Assembly (NCBI GenBank): GCA_041665005.1
Contig: JBAYJR010000008.1
Span: 1,423-65,422 of the forward strand
From: Candidatus Buchananbacteria bacterium
GTDB lineage: Bacteria > Patescibacteriota > Patescibacteriia > 2-01-FULL-39-33 > JBAYJR01
DNA: 64,000 nucleotides
Reading direction: 5' to 3'
The translations under genes and the position numbers were made by a program. Shown piece after piece: positions 28,663 to 38,600 of this stretch. Positions within the stretch are counted from its first letter, which is position 1, and the number at the start of each line of letters is the position of its first letter. The notes under the pieces are model-generated. The model did not search any database. It saw only the letters and a list, made by a program, of their open reading frames with translations, and was not told where the DNA came from.

Positions 28663-28769
28663 TGGTTATTCTTCAAACTTATCAAAACAACTAATGTAAT
28701 AACCACTATTGCATTTTAAACTACAAACATAGTGCCTAATTTTATCTTCCCGCCTTCGCTCGTTTTCTG

Positions 28770-28857
28770 CGGAGAGGGCGAGATTCGAACTCGCGAGACT
28801 CTTTTGAAGCCTAACGGTTTTCAAGACCGTCCCATTCAACCACTCTGGCACCTCTCC
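28770..28857 (-). tRNA. tRNA-Ser (anticodon UGA), type II
   Basis: Hand-folded. Acceptor GGAGAGG, D-stem CCA/UGG, anticodon stem ACGGU/ACCGU, loop CUUGAAA, a long variable arm, T-arm GCGAG-UUCGAAU-CUCGC and G73. Track ORF 28666..28851 overlaps it and is spurious. Confidence 0.85.
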
Positions 28858-28863
28858 AAATAA

Positions 28864-29115
28864 TTACTTCAAAGTATCAACTAACAAAAACTTAATTCTT
28901 TCTTTTCCTTTCCCACTTTTTAAAAATAATTCTTCAACTAAAGCATCTTTTTTACTAATAAACGTTTCATAATAAATAAGAACCCAAGGACTAAATGCTT
29001 TAGTCGACTTTACTTTTCCCCTATTATGATCAATTAGTCTTTGTTTTAAATCAGCAGTACTACCTTTATAGAGCTTATTTATTTTTTTACTTTTCAATAT
29101 ATAAACGTAATACAT
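28864..29115 (-). CDS. Small stand-alone GIY-YIG nuclease domain protein (copy 2)
   Basis: Paralog of 28227..28469 (MYYVYILKSKKINKLYKGSTADLKQRLIDH...GKGKERIKFLL). Start set at the internal ATG 29115, because the upstream part of the track ORF runs through the hairpin repeat. Confidence 0.7.
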   Translation of the reverse strand: MYYVYILKSKKINKLYKGSTADLKQRLIDHNRGKVKSTKAFSPWVLIYYETFISKKDALVEELFLKSGKGKERIKFLLVDTLK

Positions 29116-29137
29116 ATTATTATCTATGAGGTTTTTC

Positions 29138-29215
29138 GGCCCGAGGCCGACCAGCCTTGGGCTGGCAAGACCGTCCCATTCAACCACCCTGGCACCTCTC
29201 CAAATAATTACTTTT
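29138..29215. repeat. GC-rich hairpin element (copy 2) plus a duplicated 5' half of tRNA-Ser(UGA) with its upstream flank
   Basis: 29166-29201 matches the 5' end of the tRNA at 28822-28857 (36 nt, one mismatch), ending inside the anticodon loop. The following aaataattactt also matches the tRNA's upstream flank. The hairpin ggcccgaggccgaccagccttgggc precedes it. Confidence 0.7.
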
Positions 29216-29317
29216 AAATAACACCTAATGCCCTTATGAAGTTTTTCGGACCGAGGCTGACCAGCCTAAAAAAGACCTTAATACTATAATAAAAAACTTA
29301 ACCTTTGTCAATATTTT

Positions 29318-30016
29318 TTAACCCTTAGCCAAAACTAAACCAAACACTTTACCCACTCCCGCTTGTTTTAAAACTTTAGCGCATTCTTGCATAGTTGAAC
29401 CTGTCGTATAAACATCGTCAATTAACAAAATATCCCGACCAACCAGATCAACTGCCTTTACCAGAACAAAGGCCTTTGTGATATTACCAAAACGTGATCG
29501 ATGTTTTAATTGGGCTTGTGGTTTGGTATAACGTTGACGCTGTAAAACTTTTTGCACTTGTGATGGCTCAAAAAAATTAATGGCTAAATTATAGGCTTGG
29601 TTAAAGGTCCGCCATAAATAACGTTTAGGGTGCAGTGGCACCGGCACCACGATAAAATTTTTAAAACTAAAATCGTTGGCTAGTAATAACGGTTTAAACT
29701 TTTGACCTAACAAATCCGCTACTTCTTGAATAAAATTATACTTAAAACTGGCAATAATATTTTGCCAGATCGGTTGAGAATAATTGCCCAAAAACCACAA
29801 ACCATCTAAATAATTTATTGGCTTAGCCAAACACTGGTGATTAACTTTTTGCAACTGCTGGCAAGCCGGGCAATAAAATTTTAAAATTTGGGATAACAAA
29901 TTAAAACATTTGGCACACAGCCACTTCCCCTCTTGACCGCAGTTAACACAACTGGCCGGGAATAATATTTCCAGACACTCCTGCTTGATCTTAGCTAACC
30001 ATGATTTTACTGCCAT
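29318..30016 (-). CDS. comFC: ComF-family phosphoribosyltransferase (competence protein ComFC-like)
   Basis: 232 aa. N-terminal double zinc ribbon (CVNCGQ...CAKC...CPAC) and a PRTase motif ILLIDDVYTTGSTM. Confidence 0.8.
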   Translation of the reverse strand: MAVKSWLAKIKQECLEILFPASCVNCGQEGKWLCAKCFNLLSQILKFYCPACQQLQKVNHQCLAKPINYLDGLWFLGNYSQPIWQNIIASFKYNFIQEVADLLGQKFKPLLLANDFSFKNFIVVPVPLHPKRYLWRTFNQAYNLAINFFEPSQVQKVLQRQRYTKPQAQLKHRSRFGNITKAFVLVKAVDLVGRDILLIDDVYTTGSTMQECAKVLKQAGVGKVFGLVLAKG

Positions 30017-30579
30017 TTGGCTTCATCCACCAACCATTGTGAACCAACTTTTAGTAACCTAACCACAATAGCTTGATAATAAATTTTATCTGGACCATTA
30101 GCACTTGCTTGCTGACGCTGAGTATTAACCAAAACACTGGCGCTATCACTGGTGATATTTTTAACTTGACTACTTAAGGCCTTGGTAGTAACTCCGCTAT
30201 AAATTTGTGCACTAGTCTTAGCCAAAGTTTTAATTTGAGTATTCAAATAATCTTGCCAACTTTTAGTTGCCACCAACTTTAATTCTTGTAGATTACTAAA
30301 ATTATTTTGATTAGAATAACTACCAAACCGTTCCGCGAAATCACTGGCCAACCTAGTCACCGAAACAGTCGCTAATTCGGTTTCGGACATTTTTTTAGCT
30401 GGCCCTGGCGAGGCCTGATTGTTGCTATTAGTTGCTGAGTTTAAATTAGTTTGATTAGTATTAGCATAAAATTGCGGTCGGGTAATAAAATAGTAAACCA
30501 ACCACAAAACCGCTAGACCAATTAAGGCTACCACTAAAACAATTATTCCTTGCTGACGTTTAGTAAGATTTAATTCCAT
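30007..30579 (-). CDS. Membrane-anchored hypothetical protein
   Basis: 190 aa with an N-terminal TM helix and a Ser/Thr/Asn-rich periplasmic domain. It overlaps the comFC start by 10 nt. Confidence 0.4.
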   Translation of the reverse strand: MELNLTKRQQGIIVLVVALIGLAVLWLVYYFITRPQFYANTNQTNLNSATNSNNQASPGPAKKMSETELATVSVTRLASDFAERFGSYSNQNNFSNLQELKLVATKSWQDYLNTQIKTLAKTSAQIYSGVTTKALSSQVKNITSDSASVLVNTQRQQASANGPDKIYYQAIVVRLLKVGSQWLVDEAKWQ

Positions 30580-30600
30580 AAAATAATTTTAAGCTAAAAA

Positions 30601-32502
30601 TTAAAGATTTTTGGCTTCAGCCTGATTAATAGTTGCTTCGGCAAACTCTCTCTTGGCCGCTTCAATTTCTAATATTTGTCGCGGATCCGAGGTAATTAAC
30701 TGATCTTCGGTATAAGAGGCCACTACTTTAATCGCCGCGTGTTTATCACCGGCAAAAAATATTCCTTCACCCGGTGCACTTTCTAATAATAACAACTTTT
30801 CTCCCTGCGTTAGTAAAAAAGTTTTTTGCACCAAATCAATGGCCGCAGTAGATTGTCTAAGCAATAGCCGCAAAGAAGAATTAGTAATTACGGCCTGCCC
30901 CTCAGGTGATAATAAAAAATCATTAACATCCTGTGAAATAGTAGTCACCCCCAAATAGTAATGACGCGCCCGCTTAACTAAAGCATACAAAAATTTTGCA
31001 GAATCTTCATACATCATCAGCCACCAAGCCTCATCAATAATTAAAATACGTTTTTTTAATTCCGAACGAATCACATTCCAAATATAATAAATAATGGTAT
31101 AAATGGCCATGGGCCGTAATTCATCTTCTAAATCACGAATCGAAAAAACTACCAATTGACTACGCATTTCAACATTTGTTGGATGGTTTAATAAGCCAGA
31201 AAAAGTTCCTTCGGTATATTTTTTTAAACGTAAAGCCAAATCGGCTCCACCTTCCATCCCTTCTAAAATTTCTTGCAAATCCTGTAAAATTGGCATTTCC
31301 GGTTTAGTCTGCAAATCTGTTCCGGGGGTGATGTCTTTTTTGGCATAAGCTTCTAAAATCGCCCGATCCATAATTGAGTCTTCTTGGTGCGTAAATTGTC
31401 CCAACATTATTCGCAACAAACCTTTAATAGCAATGGAAGCGCTCAAAATAATATTAGCCGTTGTGCTTTCTTTTTCAACCGACAAGGGCAAATCAAACGG
31501 ATTAATTTTACTTTCCGAATTTAAGGAAACATTAATATAAGTACCGCCCACCGCCTCGCATAAATGCCGATATTCTCTTTCCGGATCAATAATGATTACA
31601 TCAGTGCCTAGCATTAGGCTACGCAAAACTTCTAGTTTAACTGCGTAAGATTTGCCCGCGCCCGAGGTAGCAAACACTACCATATTGGCATTGGGCAAAG
31701 AAAAACGATCAAATAAAATTAAACTATTATTGTGACGATTAATACCATACAAAACCCCATTATCAGAGGTCAGGTCAGCCGAAGCAAACGGAAAAAAAGA
31801 AGCGGCCGGCGAAGTATTCATATTAGCGGTAATTTGCAATTCATCATTTAACAACGGCAAAGTAGAATTAAAACCTTGTTCAGCTTGAAATAAAACTTTC
31901 TTAGAATAAACTTGGCGTGAACCAAAAATCGCTTCCACTCGATCAGTAATTTCCTCTAATTCTTCTTTACTAAAAGCATACAAGGTAACATAAATTGCCA
32001 CTTGAAAAAATCTTTCCACACCTTGAGTTAAATCATCCCGCAATTTTTCCATATCACGCAAGGCCGTTTCTCGCAACGGATCGCGAGGCGCACCTTTTTC
32101 GGCATCCGCTGATAACTGGGCCTCTAAATTACCTACTTTATTACGTAATTGTTTTAAAATAATCGCAGACTCCACTGGATAAAAATACATGGCAATATCC
32201 AAAGTAGAATCTAAGTTGATAATCGCATTAAACCAACCCATGCTAATATAACGCGGGTAAGTAATAACAAAAATTGTCCGTACAAAACGATCGTTTAGCC
32301 GTAAAAAATTAGCCGATACCTCAAATGCGGCCGGCGCAATTAAGTCCCGAATAGAAACTAAACCTTGTCGATAAATCTGTTCCTCTTCTAAGGTTACCTT
32401 GGCTTCTTCTAAGCTTTTGGGCGCTACCGCTTTAGCGCGGTCTAAAAAAGTACCGGCCTGATTATCCGCAATCTGATCTTTTATTTGTTTGGGGTCAAAC
32501 AT
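30601..32502 (-). CDS. VirB4/TrbE/CagE-family T4SS ATPase, C-terminal ATPase part
   Basis: 633 aa. Walker A FATSGAGKSYA and Walker B IIDEAWWLM (the DEAW motif typical of VirB4). Confidence 0.8.
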   Translation of the reverse strand: MFDPKQIKDQIADNQAGTFLDRAKAVAPKSLEEAKVTLEEEQIYRQGLVSIRDLIAPAAFEVSANFLRLNDRFVRTIFVITYPRYISMGWFNAIINLDSTLDIAMYFYPVESAIILKQLRNKVGNLEAQLSADAEKGAPRDPLRETALRDMEKLRDDLTQGVERFFQVAIYVTLYAFSKEELEEITDRVEAIFGSRQVYSKKVLFQAEQGFNSTLPLLNDELQITANMNTSPAASFFPFASADLTSDNGVLYGINRHNNSLILFDRFSLPNANMVVFATSGAGKSYAVKLEVLRSLMLGTDVIIIDPEREYRHLCEAVGGTYINVSLNSESKINPFDLPLSVEKESTTANIILSASIAIKGLLRIMLGQFTHQEDSIMDRAILEAYAKKDITPGTDLQTKPEMPILQDLQEILEGMEGGADLALRLKKYTEGTFSGLLNHPTNVEMRSQLVVFSIRDLEDELRPMAIYTIIYYIWNVIRSELKKRILIIDEAWWLMMYEDSAKFLYALVKRARHYYLGVTTISQDVNDFLLSPEGQAVITNSSLRLLLRQSTAAIDLVQKTFLLTQGEKLLLLESAPGEGIFFAGDKHAAIKVVASYTEDQLITSDPRQILEIEAAKREFAEATINQAEAKNL

Positions 32503-32511
32503 AAAAAATAA

Positions 32512-33216
32512 TTAGTCTACTCGCAATTCTTCGGGATTAGTCATTTTTTGTTTTTCGGCTAAATCCAAATTATAAGTATTATAAAATAATTCAATCAAAC
32601 TAACGGTGTCTAGTTGCGCCGCCCGCAAACCAATACCGGACAGCCCAGCCAAAACTTTTTCAATCCGCCGATCTAATTCGTGATAATAAGTGCGGAAACG
32701 TTGTTCTTCTAGGCGCAAAGCGGCGGTAGTAAAAAACAAAGAAGCAATCCTTTCCCAGAAACCGCGCCGTTTAAGCGCCTTAGAACTATAAGGCACGACC
32801 ACATAAAATCTTTTGGTCATAATTTGCCCCAATTTAATCAATTCCTTAATCGCTTGGCTATAATCAGCAATTTGCAATCTTAACAATTCATTGCTCTGTT
32901 GCCTTTCTTTTTTATTTAAATCAAGCAAATAGGCATCAATATTTAGTTGGCGCGACTGAATAACAATTTCCAAAGGAAAATCCAACATGTTTAAAAAACC
33001 AACATAATTGCCAATAATCGCCTGCTGTTCTTCTTCGGATTTTAAATCAAAATTAAGACTAGAAACCAACAACACGGCCCGCAAAGAGCCGTCCTTTAAA
33101 ATAACCGTATTTTCTTTAATTTCGGCAATTTCAACAAACCGTTGCGTCGTGGGCGTGGCCGCAGTGGCTTTATGAAATTTTAACGGCCGAGGGCCGGTAT
33201 TAATACTTTGCGCCAT
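32512..33216 (-). CDS. VirB4 N-terminal domain encoded as a separate ORF (split gene, or a frameshifted virB4)
   Basis: 234 aa. ...ENTVILKDGSLRAVLLVSSLNFDLKSEEEQQ... matches the conserved LKDGSL...D...EE block of the VirB4/TrbE N-domain. The stop lies 9 nt before the ATPase ORF's ATG, in a different frame. Confidence 0.55.
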   Translation of the reverse strand: MAQSINTGPRPLKFHKATAATPTTQRFVEIAEIKENTVILKDGSLRAVLLVSSLNFDLKSEEEQQAIIGNYVGFLNMLDFPLEIVIQSRQLNIDAYLLDLNKKERQQSNELLRLQIADYSQAIKELIKLGQIMTKRFYVVVPYSSKALKRRGFWERIASLFFTTAALRLEEQRFRTYYHELDRRIEKVLAGLSGIGLRAAQLDTVSLIELFYNTYNLDLAEKQKMTNPEELRVD

Positions 33217-33276
33217 AGTTATTCAATTATAGCAAATTTTACCTAATTTTTAAATTTTTACCAACCTAAAACTGAT

Positions 33277-33723
33277 TTATTTTTTAAGTTCCGAATTTTC
33301 CCCCGCATAATAGCCACCGGTATCTACAATTAAAGCCAATTCGGACAAACGAGAAACGCCAATCGCCTTTTTAAACATTGGCTGACTAGGGATTACTGGC
33401 ATTAAAGGTTGTTTTAGATAACTTTTTAGTTCCGCGGTGCTGTATTTTTTTCGCCAAATCCGTAATCGTGGTTTTTTAGAAGTTTCTACAAAATTGATTA
33501 AAAAATAATGAAAGGGTTGACCGTTGATTTTTAAAAACCCTAAAACCAAAACCAACAACCCTAAAACAATCGTCAAAAAAATAAAAAGGCCAATATCAGA
33601 AACTTTATATGCAATAAATTCTAAACCGCCGCCCACCACCAAAATAACAAACTGTCGGGTAGTAATCGGCCCAATAATTTTATCTTCTACTTCTAAAAAT
33701 TGTGGTACGGTAAATGCTTCCAT
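33277..33723 (-). CDS. VirB3/PrgI-like small membrane protein
   Basis: 148 aa. The N-terminus reads TVPQFLEVEDKIIGPITTRQFV and is followed by two TM helices. It lies immediately upstream of virB4, as PrgI/VirB3 do. Confidence 0.45.
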   Translation of the reverse strand: MEAFTVPQFLEVEDKIIGPITTRQFVILVVGGGLEFIAYKVSDIGLFIFLTIVLGLLVLVLGFLKINGQPFHYFLINFVETSKKPRLRIWRKKYSTAELKSYLKQPLMPVIPSQPMFKKAIGVSRLSELALIVDTGGYYAGENSELKK

Positions 33724-33766
33724 GTTTTTTACTAAATTATTTTACTAATCTGCTAACTCGCTTATC

Positions 33767-35098
33767 CTAATATTTTAGCTGCTTATTTAATTCCGCCAAA
33801 GCCTGAAATTCGGCTAAAGTTAAGGTCGGCTGATTGTTTTGCTGACGAAGGCTAATTGCCTCGCTTAATGCCTGACTAGCTAATAAGGCTTGCTGAATAA
33901 TTTGTAAATATAATTGATTTACCGGACTACTTTGCCAAGCCTTAATCCCTGCCACTTTTTTCGCAATCCCTTCGGTGGATAACAGTTCGATCTTACCACG
34001 AATTTTTTGGCGCGCTTGTTCCGGATCAGGGTTTAACCGCCGAAAATCAATCAAATCAAAGCCGGCTAATTCTTCCACTGGACCTACTAACTTTTTAGCA
34101 TATTTAATATCTTCAATCACCGGTTTTTGTGGCAATAAATCTGCGGACTTTTTAAAACCCGATGGCGCCTGTGGTTGGCCTGGTCTAGGATTAGCGTTAA
34201 CCGTTGCCATTCTTTTGGCCTGCATTAATTGATCGGTTTCGGCTACTTGATCGCTAGTCGCCAAAGTTTCCGAAGACTGCCGTAAACTTTCTAGGCTCCG
34301 ACGTTGACGATCAACAATAGTCAAAAGATTTTCGGCTTGTTCTTTGGTTAAACTTACCCCCCCGGCCGAAGCTTCATGCATTAAAAAGCCTCTAGTTTCT
34401 ACCCAATCACGAACACCGCGTAAATAAGTCATTAAAATATTAACCAACTTTTTTGTTAACTCCGGTGAAGTCAAGGTTAAACCGGCTAACTGAATTAACC
34501 GCTTGGCCTCTTGTTCTAAAATATTTGGTAAATTATCCCGTTGGCGAGCGCTATTCTGATTAGCTAATTTTTTTATTTCTTCCTCATCTTCCGGAAACAA
34601 ATGCCAATTAGAAACCGGCCGATCTAAATTTTCGGCGGATCTAACTATCCCCTGAGGCCGTGTAGGAAAAATTGTCGCCGGTAACTTGACTGGCTTAATT
34701 TCGGTTTTAGCTTCAACGCTAGTTGGCTGAACTATTATTTTGGATGTAATCAAAGGCGCCATTATCGGCTTAGTCGGTGTGGCCGGCGCTTTAACTTCAA
34801 TTTTAGATGCTGTTTTAATATAATTTAAATGCCCCAAAACCGGTTGAAAAATTTTATTTATTAAAATCGTTTTAATCTCTTTGGCTTGCTCAACGGTTAA
34901 GGTAAAATTGGCGGTTAAATAAGTTTCCAATTCTGCTAAAGCCACTTCCTGTTTGGCAATTTTTAAAACCAAATTAAAAGCATTGAGCTGATACTTATCT
35001 TTCAACTCTCTTAAAACCCGTTGGGCCGAAACATTAGCAATGGCTTGCCGCAAATTTGGCGCCAAACTATTAAATTTTGCCAAAACTTCTTCGGACAT
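33767..35098 (-). CDS. Hypothetical soluble protein (443 aa)
   Basis: Long ORF with no TM helices and no recognisable motif. Part of the T4SS-like operon. Confidence 0.4.
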   Translation of the reverse strand: MSEEVLAKFNSLAPNLRQAIANVSAQRVLRELKDKYQLNAFNLVLKIAKQEVALAELETYLTANFTLTVEQAKEIKTILINKIFQPVLGHLNYIKTASKIEVKAPATPTKPIMAPLITSKIIVQPTSVEAKTEIKPVKLPATIFPTRPQGIVRSAENLDRPVSNWHLFPEDEEEIKKLANQNSARQRDNLPNILEQEAKRLIQLAGLTLTSPELTKKLVNILMTYLRGVRDWVETRGFLMHEASAGGVSLTKEQAENLLTIVDRQRRSLESLRQSSETLATSDQVAETDQLMQAKRMATVNANPRPGQPQAPSGFKKSADLLPQKPVIEDIKYAKKLVGPVEELAGFDLIDFRRLNPDPEQARQKIRGKIELLSTEGIAKKVAGIKAWQSSPVNQLYLQIIQQALLASQALSEAISLRQQNNQPTLTLAEFQALAELNKQLKY

Positions 35099-35103
35099 AA
35101 TAA

Positions 35104-35598
35104 TTATTTTTTATCTTCTTCTTCCAAGGTCGCCTGCGCTAAAAAAGCCTTTTCTTCAGCCGAAATATCCGCCGGTAAATTATCTAAATTAAGGTTAGCC
35201 GAGGGTTTAGTTGAGGTTTGAACCGGTTTTACTGCGACTGGCTGATTAATTACGCTTGGCTGATTTGCTACCGCCGGTTTATTTGTTGTCTCTAAAACTG
35301 GTTCTGCTAAATATTCCTGGCGATTGGCCGTAATTTCCGGTAAAATTTCATACCAAACCTTATCATATAGCTCATCTTCAATTTCCAAGGCTGCTTCTTC
35401 CCCTGCTCCCAATTGTTCCACCAAAAAATCCACTACATCTTCCAGGGCTAGTTCCCCGCCTACCACCAACCAATATAAAGCCGACAGTTGTTTGGGTTCA
35501 GCTTTAAAAATTTCATACTTAGCCGGCAAAGAATTCAAAACTTCCTGCACCGCCGGACTTTGATAATAAGTTACTAATTTTTGTTCTTGATCTGCCAT
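35104..35598 (-). CDS. Hypothetical acidic protein (164 aa)
   Basis: ORF tightly packed between the VirB6-like gene and the 443-aa gene. Glu/Asp-rich. Confidence 0.4.
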   Translation of the reverse strand: MADQEQKLVTYYQSPAVQEVLNSLPAKYEIFKAEPKQLSALYWLVVGGELALEDVVDFLVEQLGAGEEAALEIEDELYDKVWYEILPEITANRQEYLAEPVLETTNKPAVANQPSVINQPVAVKPVQTSTKPSANLNLDNLPADISAEEKAFLAQATLEEEDKK

Positions 35599-35602
35599 AA
35601 AA

Positions 35603-38600
35603 TTACTTATAATATTTAATCAAACCCGAGAGTTCGTTCACGATGTCATCAATTTCTTCCTGACTACCAAACATCTTTTTCTGTTCAACTCCGGCCATAA
35701 AATTCTTCAATTCACTGCTAGCTCGGTCAAGTTTTTGTTTTTGACCAACATCTCCACTCTTTTTACTTACTTTATTTAAAGCTTTAATTCTGTTCTGTAG
35801 ACTATGCACAGTTTTATTTAAAACTTTGACATCTTTATCAAAATTTTTCATATTTAATGGCAAGCTAGACAAGCGACGAATACCCTCGGAAAAGGAAATT
35901 ATACTACGATCCAATTTAGGCAGAAAAGCTTGATTAATTTTGTCCTGCAGAATCGGATGCACCATTTGCCCCGCTACAGCCGCCGCCGTTTTAATCAACT
36001 TGGAATCACGATCTGTAACAGTTTCTCTTCTTTTTTGCTCTTCTTTGCCGGAATAATATTCATCAATCTTTTTTCTAAGGTCACCAAACAACATATAGGC
36101 GGCCCGATCATATTTTAAAACACTCGCCCCCGTATTGGCAATTTTCCTCACACCGCTCTTTTTATTTTCTTCTTCATAACGAATTCGTTCTAATGGCCGA
36201 TTAACCACGGTAAAACTATCGTCTATCGCCTTCTGATTATTTTTAGCTTCTTTAATGGCTTTTTCTTTAGTGTCTTTATTGTCTGAAAGAGTATCCCCTA
36301 AAGCGCTCGCTTGTTTATCAGTGGCCTTGCTAATATTTTCCAAATCCTTATAAACAACACTCTTCTCTTTTAAATAATCAGCAAAAGAATATTTTTCCTT
36401 TCGATCCGGCCTTAAAATATCTGTTTTAGCATCACCCTTAGAACTAGCCACCGACTCCATACTTACTCTTAATTCCTCAGCTAAATTTTTAATTTTTTCG
36501 TTTATCCCATAGGCCTGAATTTCCTCGCCTGGTTTTAATTTATCATAATTAAACTTAGCGGCCTGTTCTTTTAATACTTGCAATTCTTGCAAACGATCAT
36601 CCCAATTAGCCACTTTTAACTCTTTAACAAACATTTCTTCATTTTTTACTACCTCCGCATCCGCCGCAACATAATATTTTTCTTTATTGGCTCTAGTTTT
36701 TAAATCAGTGGACTCAATTTCTTCTCTACGCTTAACAACTTCATCACTCAACTTATTACCCGCTAAATCCTCAGCAGTTGAAATAAATTTAATACCAGTA
36801 TTTGGATCAAATCCCTCGATGTATTTTCTATCGGGGCTATCTAGCAAACCCTTAACATCACCTTTTGGAAGATTCATTGCTTCATAATCTATATTACTAC
36901 CACTATAGGCAACGGTAGCCATGTTAATTACCTTGTTCAAATCATCAATGGTATTTTTATTATTCAAATCAAAGCCTTCCTTGGCGAATAACTCCGGTTT
37001 AGCCAGCATATTTTTGACTGCCTCCATAATTTGCCGGCGACCAGCCGCACCTGCAAAACCCAAATTACCACCAGCTTTAATATAATCCGCAATACCCATA
37101 ATCTGTTGCGAAACATTAGCCCCCTTCATGCCCAAACTACTATTAGTAATCACAATATTAGACAAATCTTTTTCGGACATATTAGCCACTGTATTACGAA
37201 CAGAGTTTGCTCCAACTTCAGTGCCTACCAATTGTCCGTCCTCATTTTTGTAACCAGATACTCCCACTAAACCAGCATTTTTCCTGGTCGCCAATCTTTC
37301 CATATCATAAGCAAAGGTTTTAAAATCCGCTTCTGGAATATTAAATTGCTTTTGATATTTTTGTAAGCTTTCTCCTAATTCAGAGTCCCCTGCTTCGGCT
37401 AAAGAGGTAATTAAAGCCCGAGCCGTGCCAACATCTTTATTCTTTTTCAAAATTTCATGAGCGGCATTGGTGTTGGTAAAATCAAAACCGGATTTTTGTA
37501 AGCTATCGCGAGCCGCCATCTGTTCCTCTTGTCTAAATTTCTCAATGGCATCCGCTTTACCACCAAACTTTTGATTCATCTGAGCTTGAATTAACCGATT
37601 ATCGCGTTCAGTTTTCTTTTCATTAAAGCCCAACACCCCGCCAATTCGCGAATTAGCAAAACGATTATAAGAAGCCCGCGCCGCCGCCGGCACCCGAGTT
37701 TTTTCACCAAAATTTTTGGCAATTTTGGTACCTTTCTTTTGAATTTCCCCCATAGCTTTATTAGCTAATTGAGAACCAACTGTGCCAGCCTTACCAGCAG
37801 CAATTAAGGCGGCAATTAATAAACCAATAGTTAAAATTGAGACAAATATTTGCTCGGTTGAGGTGTTCAAAAAATCCCCCACACCTTCTCCTGTGCCCGA
37901 AACTATACCACCTACCACCTTAAACTTACTACTAATCTCGTCTTTTAAACTACCGGCCGTCACTGATCCCGTACTATCGGTTCCTGATGGACCAATCATA
38001 GCATTCAAAAAATTCATAGAGATAAACAAAAACAGGGCGATGGCTGGGCCAACCACTAAATATTTTGTGAAAGTTGACCACCACTGCCCTGAATAAGTTT
38101 GCAACGCCGGAAAAGCCGAGGCAAAATAAGCAAAAGGTGATAAAACAATTAAAAACCAAAAAGCGATTATTCTGGCTAAAAGTATAATAAAGAATATTAA
38201 GATAACTACACAAGCAATAACCGAGAATATGGCGGCAGTGGCGGCCTTAATAAAATCCTCAACACCATTGCCTAAAGCCACATTAGCTATGGCCATATAT
38301 CCTACATTAAAAAAAGCAAGAACGCCCACCTTTATTGCAATCGTATTGGTTAGTTGTTGTGCGTTACCAAGCAAAGTTAACATCACTACTTGTGAAGCAT
38401 CAATTAATAACCCCGTGAACATCTTAGAAAAATTTATCAAGATAGCCATTAACAAAACTTTGCCTAGCAACCTTTTGTAATTATAAGTTTCTACCCTTAA
38501 AATGGTGGCCACCGCAATCACTAATAAAAACACAATAAAAAAATTATTACACAAATCTCTAATAAAAACCCAACTTTGAACCACACCATCGGCATTAATA

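Noticed and set aside
28666-28851. 61-aa ORF in the tRNA cluster
   Set aside because: It overlaps tRNA-Ser(UGA) (28770..28857) on the same strand. It is a spurious ORF through a structural RNA gene.
29166-29201. Possibility that the GIY-YIG ORF is a tRNA intron (a group I intron in the anticodon loop)
   Set aside because: A complete, uninterrupted tRNA-Ser(UGA) lies directly downstream. The upstream 36-nt piece is a duplicate 5' fragment and not an exon. No group I core elements (P, Q, R, S) were recognisable.
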